From assembly GCA_965223905.1 (NCBI GenBank), contig CBDCXV010000001.1, positions 128,001 to 192,000 on the forward strand: DNA of 64,000 nt, read 5' to 3'. Of the stretch, positions 18,954 to 28,432 are shown piece by piece. The position numbers were made by a program, and so were the translations under genes. The stretch's first letter is position 1; the number at the start of each line of letters is the position of its first letter. The DNA comes from Candidatus Latescibacterota bacterium (GTDB taxonomy: Bacteria; Latescibacterota; UBA2968; UBA8231). Under the pieces are notes generated by a model that did not search any database, had not been told where the DNA came from, and was given only the letters and a program-made list of their open reading frames with translations.

Positions 18954-21659
18954 GTGAAAAGACCGATTCTACCCAACCGAGTTGCTCTGTTCGCGCTGAT
19001 CCTGATCCTGGGGTCCGGCGCCACCCTCGCGCAGGAGGACTATGGCTCGCGTCTGGGCGTCCGCAAGGCGGATGCCTTCAGCTATGAACCGCAGGGAGCG
19101 GGAGTGCTCCTTCACGCCCTGGACCCGGCCATGCGCAAGTGGTACGTGCCACAAGAGCTTTACCTGGCATACCGCTGGCGCCAGTGGGAGTACACCAACT
19201 ACGCCCGGGAACCCTTCCAGCGTTACGTCAGCGTGGATCTGGAAGGGGACTATTTCTACGATCTCTACGGCCGCTTCGTGACGAAGGGCTGGCTCATCTA
19301 CGACCAGACCCAGACACAGCCCCAGACCCAGTTCGGCAGTTCCATTTACAAGGATCCGAGATTCGCGGGATGGTTCAATGGGCTGTTGATCGCCTCCGAC
19401 GGAAAGGGACAGTATCACTACTCCCTGGGCATCGGGAGCCAACTGCGAACGGTCCTGACCCCGCTGACCTTTGCCAAATCCCGGTTCAACGGCCTTCAGT
19501 GGGACTTGGCCTCAGACAAGTACGAGGCAACCGTCCTCTATTCCCGCATCAGCGCGGGAGGCGGCGACCCGCCTGTCAGGAACACCAACAACACCACCCT
19601 GTTCGGCAGCCGGATTTCCGCCCAGGTGGGTGATTTCATCACCCTTGGCGCCAATCTGGTCAACGCCCATCACTCTCACACCCAGCTCTCCGGATTCAAG
19701 GGCAGTGCCATCAAAGGGGAGCTGACGGTCGATCAGAACTCGGTCCCCGTGTCCTGGGTGGAGGTCATTCTGCGGGACGATTCGCCGGAAGACGGCGTGG
19801 GAGGGGCCGCCTTCTTCGAGGGCGGCTCGGATCTCATCATCACCTACATCGACGGCTTCGAGGAGACGGCCAACGAGATCGGCTTCGAACCGATCATCGA
19901 CGGTGGGTTCCCGCGGGCCGGCTTCCGCGCTGCGGACGGAAGCGAATCCATCACGGTGCGCTACGATTTCGACGCCACCGGATTCGTGGCCGGGGCACAC
20001 GGAGACAAATCCGAGATCGCCAAGGTCCGCTTCCGCCTGGCGGTAGGCAACGACTACCAGATCTGGATGAACTCCAGCCGCCAGACCACGGCCGGCACCG
20101 CCAAGCTGGGCTCGCGCGGCGAGCAACCCACGCCCCTGCTCGTTGCCCGCGCTGCGGGGAACGTACAGGACAATTCCAATCTGCGCCTCCTCAGCTTCGA
20201 GTACGGTCTCCCCACGGCATCCCATATCGTCGGCGCCACCGTCGAAATGAGGAATGTGGCCGGCTTCAACCTCTATGGTGAGTTCGACCGGTCCTTCAGC
20301 TACCGGATGTATCCCAACCCCAACCTGATCACTCACGACGCCGCCTCCGGCATCGTCGGCAATCCCGCTTCAGATGCCTGGATGGTAAACGTCTCGAAGC
20401 AGGCCCATCCCTATTTCCTGTTCGGCGAAGCCTTCAGCATGGAGCACGGCTACTCGACCACTGCCTTCGTCACCGAGACGAGACCGCGCCCCGGATTCGT
20501 GGACTACCAGGATACCCGCAACTTCTTCGAATTCGTCGACGACAACGACGACCAGGACCGCTTCCCCGACAACCAGCGCAGGGACTATCAAACCGGCGAC
20601 TTCGAGGTGTTCCCGGGCTGGGACGAAAACAACGACTTCATTTCCGACTTCAACCAGAACGACAACCGCCGCAGCCAACGCCCCAACGAGTTTCCGGACT
20701 ACGAAGAGCCGTTCCTTCGTTTCAACGTCGATCGGCCGGAATTTCTGTTCGGCCCCGACATGAACAACAACGGCTGGATCGACCGGTTCGAAAACGACGA
20801 GGAGCCGGACTACCCCTACCGCCGGGACCACAGCGGCTACAATATTTACGCCGGCGCCGACATCACCCCGGAACTTCGGGTGACGGCCGGCCGCATCGAC
20901 GAACGCCTGCTGTCCGCAGCCCGCGACAACGAGACCAACTACTTGCTGGCTACCCTCGACCGCGACTATCCGGGGTTCGGTCGCTTACGCGTCTTCGATA
21001 TGCTCAAACGCACGAAGGACGACATCCACGAGAACCTCTTCCAGTGGGTGTACTCGAGCAATGAATCACAGGGGGAACTGCGCCGCATTACCGACCCCCT
21101 GCTGTTCGAGGACGCCTGGCACAACAGCCTTTGGCTCGGTCATGACTACACCGGCGTGCAAAACCTCAAGGTCATCAATAAGGTTAAATGGGACGTTGCG
21201 CATACCTTTCTCGACAGCACCGAGCGCAGGGTCCGCAGCCTGGTGCAGAACGAGCACTTCTTCGGACTCGTCAACAAGGTCGGCTACCGACTGGAAGTAG
21301 GCTTTCTTGAGCTGGAGCCAAGATGGAAAAGCGAGTACCGGCACCAGTCGCGGGATCTTTTCAGCGCGACCAAGCGCGAAGAGCTCACCGAGATGGTCTC
21401 CGTGCTCGGCCGTTTTCCATTCCTCAGAAGAAGCTTTGTCGAGGCTGGGGTGGAATACCTGTGGTTCAAAGACCTGCGGGAGGACCAGAACGATTTGTCC
21501 AATCGGATCCTGGCCGTGCAATTCACCAACAGAGTGGACTATCTGGGCTACAAGCTGACCACGCAGTTCGGAATGAAGCTCGACCGCCGCGACCCGAAGG
21601 GGGAAGAGGCCATCACCACGCAGGAAAATTTCATCATCGTCTACGCCGGCCTGGAGTGA
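18954..21659 (+). CDS. Large exported protein, putative outer-membrane beta-barrel with Asp/Asn-rich Ca-binding-like loops
   Basis: GTG start with AGGAGGG RBS; signal peptide; DDNDDQDRFPD, DENNDFISD, DMNNNGWID motifs; C-terminal third of alternating amphipathic strands ending FIIVYAGLE. Confidence 0.6.
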   Translation: MKRPILPNRVALFALILILGSGATLAQEDYGSRLGVRKADAFSYEPQGAGVLLHALDPAMRKWYVPQELYLAYRWRQWEYTNYAREPFQRYVSVDLEGDYFYDLYGRFVTKGWLIYDQTQTQPQTQFGSSIYKDPRFAGWFNGLLIASDGKGQYHYSLGIGSQLRTVLTPLTFAKSRFNGLQWDLASDKYEATVLYSRISAGGGDPPVRNTNNTTLFGSRISAQVGDFITLGANLVNAHHSHTQLSGFKGSAIKGELTVDQNSVPVSWVEVILRDDSPEDGVGGAAFFEGGSDLIITYIDGFEETANEIGFEPIIDGGFPRAGFRAADGSESITVRYDFDATGFVAGAHGDKSEIAKVRFRLAVGNDYQIWMNSSRQTTAGTAKLGSRGEQPTPLLVARAAGNVQDNSNLRLLSFEYGLPTASHIVGATVEMRNVAGFNLYGEFDRSFSYRMYPNPNLITHDAASGIVGNPASDAWMVNVSKQAHPYFLFGEAFSMEHGYSTTAFVTETRPRPGFVDYQDTRNFFEFVDDNDDQDRFPDNQRRDYQTGDFEVFPGWDENNDFISDFNQNDNRRSQRPNEFPDYEEPFLRFNVDRPEFLFGPDMNNNGWIDRFENDEEPDYPYRRDHSGYNIYAGADITPELRVTAGRIDERLLSAARDNETNYLLATLDRDYPGFGRLRVFDMLKRTKDDIHENLFQWVYSSNESQGELRRITDPLLFEDAWHNSLWLGHDYTGVQNLKVINKVKWDVAHTFLDSTERRVRSLVQNEHFFGLVNKVGYRLEVGFLELEPRWKSEYRHQSRDLFSATKREELTEMVSVLGRFPFLRRSFVEAGVEYLWFKDLREDQNDLSNRILAVQFTNRVDYLGYKLTTQFGMKLDRRDPKGEEAITTQENFIIVYAGLE

Positions 21660-21710
21660 TTTTTTTTCGCGCCGGGAACCGAAATCAAGGCGTGACCAAG
21701 GTCCATTCGG

Positions 21711-22100
21711 TCAAACAGCCCCCCTCGTCTCAACTTCGATCACTACGTCCTCTACGCTGTTCGGGGGAGGACTGACAACTATGAAGATGCGGACGGTATC
21801 ACCCGCCTGGGCTACCTGGGTGTACCGCGCCTCCCCGATCTCGCCCCGGGTTCTCTCGATATTGATGTTGAAGATCTCGACATCTTCCGCCACGGGTACT
21901 CTCACCGCCTTTCGGGTTCCGCCTCTCAAGGTGAAATCCGCCGTGGTCCCCACTACCGTGATCCGGTAGGTATGATCGGGTGTGTCATTGATGAACAGGA
22001 TTTCGTCGTCCGCTCCCCCTGTATCCGCAAGCCTTTGTCCGCCGCAACCGGAGACCAGACAGAACGATAGCGCCACGATCGACCGAGTCCACCTGCTCAT
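21711..22100 (-). CDS. Putative small lipoprotein
   Basis: MSRWTRSIVALSFCLVSG-C lipobox; GAGGAGG RBS upstream of ATG 22100; beta-rich mature part. Confidence 0.7.
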   Translation of the reverse strand: MSRWTRSIVALSFCLVSGCGGQRLADTGGADDEILFINDTPDHTYRITVVGTTADFTLRGGTRKAVRVPVAEDVEIFNINIERTRGEIGEARYTQVAQAGDTVRIFIVVSPPPNSVEDVVIEVETRGAV

Positions 22101-22240
22101 GGGGTGATCCTCCTCACTCCGGTCCTTAGTGTCCAGTCCACGGAAATTCCTCCGTTTTTCGCGTCGATCAATCCAAGCTCGCTGTGTACACCGAAATTCA
22201 TTGCGCGCCATTGGACGCCTGAGAATATAGCATTTAACCC

Positions 22241-24244
22241 ATGCCAGCATCTGAGACCATGCCGGTCGAGCAGTCCTCTTCCAGCCAGCCCAGGGACCGC
22301 AGGACTGCGGACCCGGACAGGGGATGCACCCTGAGAGCCTTGATCGCAGGAATGGCCGGGGCTCTTTGTATCGGACTCGGATCGACCTACAACGACCTGG
22401 TTATAAAAAGCTCCAGACTCGCTATCTGGAACGTGACCCCGGCCGCCATCTTCCTCTTCTTCGTGCTGGTCGCGCTCGTCAATGTCGTCCTGCGGTGGAT
22501 CCATCCCCGCCTCTCCCTCAAACGGGGAGAGCTGGCAGTCGTCTATTTCCTCATCCTGTTGGCCAACACCCTGACCGGCCGGGCCTTCTCGGGCATGGTG
22601 CTCCCGGTGATAACGGGGGCCTTTTACTACGCCACCCCGGAAAACAACTGGGTCGAGGTGATACAGCCCTATCTGCCTGCATGGCCGGTCCCGCAGGGCG
22701 ACGAGATAATCCGAGGTCTCTACGAGGGGGGAGGCGTCGCCAGCGTGCCATGGGAGGCGTGGTTGCATCCCCTGTCCCACTGGCTGGCCTTCGGCCTCGC
22801 CCTTTTTCTGGCGATGGTCTGTCTGATGGTCATCGTGCGGCGGCAGTGGGTGAAGCACGAACGGCTGGTCTATCCCATGGTGCAACTGCCGCTTGCCATG
22901 ATCGGAGACGACGGGAAAGACTCCGCCATAAAACCCCTGTTCCGCAGCGGCCTGATGTGGGTAGGTTTCGCAATCGTTTTTGGGGCAGGCACGCTCAATG
23001 CCCTGCACAGTTACTTCCCAAGCGTCCCCGCCATCAGGTTTTCTCTGGGCAATTTTACGCTCTACCAAGAGGTGGGCATCAGACTGAGCGTCAATCCGTC
23101 GATGTTCGGTTTTTCCTATTTCATCCCTCAGAACGTGTCCCTGGGGCTGAGTTTCTTTCATCTCATGAACCAGCTGCAGTTGGGCCTTTTCCACGCCCTG
23201 GGTTGGCAGCAGCGTGAAGCGGCCATGGGGATCTACAGCACCTACACCGATTCCAACATCGTCCATCAGTCGATGGGTGGGATGATCGTCCTGGTCCTGG
23301 GAACGTTGTGGGTCGGCCGGCGCCACCTGATGGCCGTGTGGCGCAAGGCAATGGGCCTTGACCCCTCCGTGGACGACGCGGACGAGATCCTCTCCTATAG
23401 ATTCGCGGTCCTGGGCACCATAGTGAGCTTTGTGGCCATGGGCGTGTGGCTTTGGCAGACCGGCATTCCCCTGTTATTCGTCCCGATACTTCTGTTCGGC
23501 GCCTTCGTCATCTTCATGACCATCACCCGCGTCGTCGCCCAAGGGGGAGTTGCGGCGATGTTTCCGCCGACAAACGCGCCGGACTTCGTCATTTCCGGAG
23601 TGGGGGCTTCGGCCCTGGGGCCTAAAGGCGTAGCGGGACTGGCTCTGAGCTACGGCTGGGGCGTGGACACCCTCATCCTGCTGATGAGTGCCTGCGCCAA
23701 CGGACTGAAGCTGATCAGCGAAGTAGCCCTGCCTCACCGCCGGCGGCTCTTTGGGGGGATTGTCGCCGTGATCGTGCTGACCTTGGCAGGTTCTATTGGG
23801 ACGACGCTCTACCTGAGCCACAAACACGGAGCCATCAATCTGGAGCCGGGCTTTTTCGAGGCGGTCGGCCAGTACCCCTACTGGTTCATGGAGAAGAGCA
23901 TCCACAATCCGGCCGGCCCGAATTTGAGCGGCTGGATCCACAAAGGAGTGGGGGCCGCCATCATGGCCGGATTGATGGTGGCGAACCACCGATGGGTCTG
24001 GTGGCCCTTTCATCCGGTGGGTTACCCCATCAGCTGCGTATTCCGCACCATGTTCTTCAGCGTCTTCGCCGCCTGGATGATCAAGGCGTTTATTCTCAAG
24101 TACTGGGGCCTGGGGCTTTTCAACCGGCTCAAGCCGCTGTTTCTGGGTTTTATTCTGGGTGAGGCGGTGGTGGCGGGAACCTGGGTCATCATCGATTACT
24201 TTACCGGCATGCACAACAACCGGCTCGGGGTCGTCATGCAGTGA
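22241..24244 (+). CDS. Polytopic inner-membrane protein, DUF6785/DUF6784-like (OPT-related putative transporter)
   Basis: Many TM helices; ELAVVY, VPWEAWLHPL, RRQWVKHERLVYPMVQLP, WWPFHPVGY, KPLFLGFILGE. Confidence 0.7.
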   Translation: MPASETMPVEQSSSSQPRDRRTADPDRGCTLRALIAGMAGALCIGLGSTYNDLVIKSSRLAIWNVTPAAIFLFFVLVALVNVVLRWIHPRLSLKRGELAVVYFLILLANTLTGRAFSGMVLPVITGAFYYATPENNWVEVIQPYLPAWPVPQGDEIIRGLYEGGGVASVPWEAWLHPLSHWLAFGLALFLAMVCLMVIVRRQWVKHERLVYPMVQLPLAMIGDDGKDSAIKPLFRSGLMWVGFAIVFGAGTLNALHSYFPSVPAIRFSLGNFTLYQEVGIRLSVNPSMFGFSYFIPQNVSLGLSFFHLMNQLQLGLFHALGWQQREAAMGIYSTYTDSNIVHQSMGGMIVLVLGTLWVGRRHLMAVWRKAMGLDPSVDDADEILSYRFAVLGTIVSFVAMGVWLWQTGIPLLFVPILLFGAFVIFMTITRVVAQGGVAAMFPPTNAPDFVISGVGASALGPKGVAGLALSYGWGVDTLILLMSACANGLKLISEVALPHRRRLFGGIVAVIVLTLAGSIGTTLYLSHKHGAINLEPGFFEAVGQYPYWFMEKSIHNPAGPNLSGWIHKGVGAAIMAGLMVANHRWVWWPFHPVGYPISCVFRTMFFSVFAAWMIKAFILKYWGLGLFNRLKPLFLGFILGEAVVAGTWVIIDYFTGMHNNRLGVVMQ

Positions 24245-24250
24245 TCCGAC

Positions 24251-25174
24251 CTACTCCTCTGCGTGGATCCCGGTTTCGTCGGCATAAACGGCGACGGGGT
24301 CGGAGATCTTGTGGTTGTCGCCGTCGTCTACGGTCGCCATCAGATGCCACTTGTCGCGCAGGTTGACCAGTTGGGCAGCATAGAAGTACTCGTCGTTCTC
24401 CCGGTGAACCATGAGCCCCGTGCCGTGAAGGTGAAACGGCCCCAGAGGGGAGCTGCCCACCAGAGAGAAGTTGCCTCTGCCCGGGGCTCCCTCTGCGAAA
24501 CTGCGGGCGAAGCTGGGCGCCAGTAGACGCCCGGGAGTGCAGAAGACGAGATACCAGCGCCCGTCGATGTGGTAGAGCTGCGGCACCTCCATTTCCTCGG
24601 CGATCCGATCGTGCTCGAGCGGGCCCAGGATATCCCAGTTGACCATGTCCGTGCTCCGGGCCACTGCCACAGTTCCGCGCGTCGTCACCTCACCATCGCT
24701 GCGGCGGGCGCACACGAACTGGTAGGCGGCGTCGCCGTGTTCGAAGAGGAAGGGATCGCGCCAGTGGATCATCTCTCGCTTCCCGGTGCCTATCTGTTCG
24801 TAGTGGGGGGGTTCGGCCTGCGTCCGCGGATTTTCCGGAACCTTCTCCCACTGGATCAGGTCGTCGGACACGGCCATGCCCACGCGCTGCGTCCTGAACC
24901 CTTCGTCTTCACAGCCGGTGAAGGCCATCCAGTACCTGCCGCCCCACTCCATGACGCTGCCCGTCGCCAGCGTGTGCCCGTCCCACGCCCCCTCGGGCCC
25001 GGGTTCGAGCGCCACTCCGACGTACTCCCAGTTTATCAGATCCCGGCTGATTGCGTGACCGATATCCCAGCGACCCTCGCGCTCCAGCGGGAAGGCGAGA
25101 AAAAACATGTGCGCCGTGTCACCGGCGACGAAATACCAGGAATCGCCTATGTAGTGGTTTTCGAGTGCGAACAT
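24251..25174 (-). CDS. GH32-like five-bladed beta-propeller glycoside hydrolase (no signal peptide)
   Basis: IGDSW, IGHAISRDLINW, WDGHTLATGSV, HWRDPF, EMEVPQ. Confidence 0.75.
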   Translation of the reverse strand: MFALENHYIGDSWYFVAGDTAHMFFLAFPLEREGRWDIGHAISRDLINWEYVGVALEPGPEGAWDGHTLATGSVMEWGGRYWMAFTGCEDEGFRTQRVGMAVSDDLIQWEKVPENPRTQAEPPHYEQIGTGKREMIHWRDPFLFEHGDAAYQFVCARRSDGEVTTRGTVAVARSTDMVNWDILGPLEHDRIAEEMEVPQLYHIDGRWYLVFCTPGRLLAPSFARSFAEGAPGRGNFSLVGSSPLGPFHLHGTGLMVHRENDEYFYAAQLVNLRDKWHLMATVDDGDNHKISDPVAVYADETGIHAEE

Positions 25175-25262
25175 ATCCCTCTCCTTACTCGGCTCTCCGG
25201 CCGACGGCCTGCTTTCCGGGTGATCCGAACGCGAGCGGACGAATCTCGCGGTCGGCGGTGAA

Positions 25263-28200
25263 ATGATACGGATATTCGTTCTGTACGCGATGTCGGGGTT
25301 CGTGAGTCTGGGCTACCAGGTAGCCTGGTTTCGCATCTTCACCGACTGGTTCGGCTCGACGAACCAGACCTTTGCGCTGGTCGTCTGCAATTTCATCGGC
25401 GGTCTCGGTCTGGGCGCGCTGTTGAGTGCGCGCATCGCCGACAGCCTCGCCAGCGGGCTGCGCCTCAGGGATCCCCTTCGGGTCTATGGGGTAACGGAGC
25501 TTTGTGTGGGCGGTACGGCGCTGCTGACGGTGCTGGCTCCGCACCTTTCGGCACCGGATTGGTGGGGGCCGTTTCCCTACGTGCTGGACAATGGCATCCG
25601 GGTGCAAGCCATCAGTTACCGCCTGGCGCAGGTCGGGCTCGCGGCCGCCTGCGTGTTCATTCCCTGCCTGTTCATGGGCGTCACCTTCCCGCTGTTGTGC
25701 AAGACTTTCAGAGGAATCCCGGTAGGCGGGCGCGTACCGGCAGCGTTTTACGCGTGGAACACCCTCGGCGCCTGCAGCGGGGTGTTGGTGTGTCAGTTCC
25801 TGATGCTTCCGAGGCTGGGCCATGGGCCGACGCTCTGGATGATGGCGGTCCTGAACCTGCTGCTCGGCGCCTATTTCCTGGTCACCGGAGGTGCGCCCGC
25901 GGCTGCGTCCGAGCCGCCCGCACATGCGCCACCCAAGCCAAGGGTCGAGGAGGCGGTCGGAATTCACCGTGTGCTGCTGCTGTGCGCAGTCTTGAGCGGT
26001 CTGCTGTCGGGAGCGCTGGAGGGCGACCTGTTCAAACGCATCAGTTTCCTGATCGAGCTGAACCCGGGAGCGACGATGTCGTTCATCTCGTTCTGGGCGA
26101 TTCTGGCGATTTTCCTGGCCAGTGCGCTCGTGCACCGGCTGGGGGGGCTGCGGCTCGGGCACATCAAAATGGCGTTCTTGCTGGCGCTGGCCTATTACGG
26201 CCTCACCTGGATCTTCGTCGAAGACATCATGGAGCTCATCGCGACCTGGTTTGCGTTTCAACCGCCAGGAGTTTCGCTGGAAACAAGTGGTATGATCTTC
26301 CCTGCAAACCTCCTTCAACTGTTCCTGACCACGGGGACCTTCGTGTTCGCCCCGTACTCTCTGATCTCCCTGCTGTTGCCCTACGCCTGCAACCAGCTCC
26401 AGGCAGATGGCCGGCATCTCGGTCTTGCATACGGTTTGAACACGCTCGCGTTCTGTATCGGCCTGATCGGCTTCACCCTCGTCGCCCCGCGCGTGAACAT
26501 CTTCTATTCGCTGAAATTGTTCATGGTGGTGTTCGCCTTCGGGACGTTGCTGCTGGTCCTCGTGTCCGAGCGCCGGCACCTGCGGGCATGGCAGCCCGCG
26601 CTCGTGGCGGCCTTGTTCGCCGGCGCTTGCATGTTCACCCCGAGCGGATTCGACCGCAGCTATTTCCGTCCCGGCAGCCTGCCGGCGACCAGCGCCATAC
26701 GCGCCGTCAAAAGCAACGGAGCCCATACGACCTTCGTCGCCGAGACCAGCCGCGACGGGCAGTCATCCCGCCTCTATTTCGGCCGTCTTTCGATGTCCAG
26801 CACCAACGCAAAATCGCAGACCTACATGCGCCTCATGGCCCACTTTCCCCTGCTCGCACATCCGCAGCCCGAAAAGGCCTTGCTCATCTGTTTCGGTGTC
26901 GGCAACACGGCCTCGGCCATCGCCGCTCACCAGACGGTCCGGCAGATAGACGTCGTCGATCTGAACGAAAAAGTGTTCGAGACGGCGCCGGAGTTCGCTT
27001 CCACCAACCAGGGTGTGTCCGGCGATCCCCGGGTGCGCTTCATCCATGACGACGGCCGCAACTTTCTCAACCTGACCGACGAGCGCTACGACCTGATCAC
27101 GAGCGAACCGCCTCCACCGATGGCGGCCGGTGTCTACCGGTTGTACTCACGCGAGTACTACGATTCGGTACTGGCCCACCTGACCCCGCTCGGTATGATG
27201 GCCCAGTGGCTGCCGGTCTACCAGATGCCGCCCGAGGCCGTCGACCTTGCCGTTGGAACCTTTCTGGCGGTGTTCCCGCATGCCCTTCTGTTCTCGGGGT
27301 TCGAACAGGAATTCATCCTCGTCGGAAGCGGCTCCCCGATCGAACTGTCCCTGATCGAAGAGCGTTTGTCCGCGTCCGAGGGAGTGGCAGCCGATCTCGC
27401 GAGAATCGAGATAGACGACTGGTTGTCCCTAATCGCCCGTATCGTGCAAGGTGACGCAGAACTGCGCGAGCACTACGCAGGCGGACGCGTGATCGGGGAT
27501 CAGCACAACGATCTCGAGCATCTCTTCTTCCAGCCGTGGAATGAGACAACCGTCGCATACAGTCCGACCCGTGTTCTGGCTGGTCTGGTCGCGCAACTGC
27601 CACGGGCGCAGAAGGAGCTCGAATACGCGCTGCTGCACCTGGGCCGCCTGCGGCACCTCGTCTTCGGCTTTCCGCTGGAGCTGTTCGCCGCGATCGACGC
27701 GAGCGCGGAACCCGGCGTCGTCCTGGCTGACGCGGACTGGAATACGATCTCCAGACTGCAGAACAAGACCCGTCGCGCCCACGAGGCAGGCCGCCGTCGC
27801 GAGGCAATCACCCTGCTCGAGCGTTCTCTCTGGATTGTGCCGGACCAGGTCGACGTCCTGTATCGGCTCGCCTCCCTGAGAGTCGCCGAGGGACAGTACC
27901 TGGCCGCGGTCTCAGATCTGAGGCGGTTTCAGAAGCTGCAGGAAGGGGACTTCGACGGGCATTACCTGCTCGGCTACGCGCTCATGAGATCGGGACGCTC
28001 GATCGACACGCTGGACCAGTTTCGGGAAGCCGCGCGCCTCGAGCCCGACAGCCATCGCCCGCTCGATCACATGGCATGGATACTGGCGACCCATCCGGAT
28101 CCGCAGCGGCGCGATTCGCGAGAGGCCATCGCCCTCGCTGAGCGCGCAGCCGGCCTGACGCAACGGCGTGACATCGCCGTCCTGAGAACGCTGGCCGCGG

Positions 28201-28364
28201 CCTATGCCGCCGACGGACAGTTCGATCACGCGATCCAGATAGGGGAAGACACGATCGAATCATTCTCAGGCGATCCCGATGCCAACCTGGCCGGAATCAC
28301 CCGTCATTTGCGGCTATACGAGGAGGGACGGATCGTAGTCGATGAATCTCTGGCAACCCGTTGA
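25263..28364 (+). CDS. Fused membrane (MFS-like) / spermidine-synthase-like protein with C-terminal TPRs
   Basis: SGFVSLGYQVAWFR, FMGVTFPLL, YAWNTLGA, LICFGVGNTA, DDGRNFL...YDLITSEPP, MAQWLP; C-terminal TPR-like helices. Confidence 0.85.
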   Translation: MIRIFVLYAMSGFVSLGYQVAWFRIFTDWFGSTNQTFALVVCNFIGGLGLGALLSARIADSLASGLRLRDPLRVYGVTELCVGGTALLTVLAPHLSAPDWWGPFPYVLDNGIRVQAISYRLAQVGLAAACVFIPCLFMGVTFPLLCKTFRGIPVGGRVPAAFYAWNTLGACSGVLVCQFLMLPRLGHGPTLWMMAVLNLLLGAYFLVTGGAPAAASEPPAHAPPKPRVEEAVGIHRVLLLCAVLSGLLSGALEGDLFKRISFLIELNPGATMSFISFWAILAIFLASALVHRLGGLRLGHIKMAFLLALAYYGLTWIFVEDIMELIATWFAFQPPGVSLETSGMIFPANLLQLFLTTGTFVFAPYSLISLLLPYACNQLQADGRHLGLAYGLNTLAFCIGLIGFTLVAPRVNIFYSLKLFMVVFAFGTLLLVLVSERRHLRAWQPALVAALFAGACMFTPSGFDRSYFRPGSLPATSAIRAVKSNGAHTTFVAETSRDGQSSRLYFGRLSMSSTNAKSQTYMRLMAHFPLLAHPQPEKALLICFGVGNTASAIAAHQTVRQIDVVDLNEKVFETAPEFASTNQGVSGDPRVRFIHDDGRNFLNLTDERYDLITSEPPPPMAAGVYRLYSREYYDSVLAHLTPLGMMAQWLPVYQMPPEAVDLAVGTFLAVFPHALLFSGFEQEFILVGSGSPIELSLIEERLSASEGVAADLARIEIDDWLSLIARIVQGDAELREHYAGGRVIGDQHNDLEHLFFQPWNETTVAYSPTRVLAGLVAQLPRAQKELEYALLHLGRLRHLVFGFPLELFAAIDASAEPGVVLADADWNTISRLQNKTRRAHEAGRRREAITLLERSLWIVPDQVDVLYRLASLRVAEGQYLAAVSDLRRFQKLQEGDFDGHYLLGYALMRSGRSIDTLDQFREAARLEPDSHRPLDHMAWILATHPDPQRRDSREAIALAERAAGLTQRRDIAVLRTLAAAYAADGQFDHAIQIGEDTIESFSGDPDANLAGITRHLRLYEEGRIVVDESLATR

Positions 28365-28432
28365 CGGCATAGAGTCTCCCTGCTTATGTCCTTCCAAGCT
28401 ATCTCACCTGTTCGTGACTACATAGGTCGACC

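Noticed and set aside
21660-21667. T-run after the 901-aa gene as a terminator
   Set aside because: No convincing hairpin lies directly upstream.
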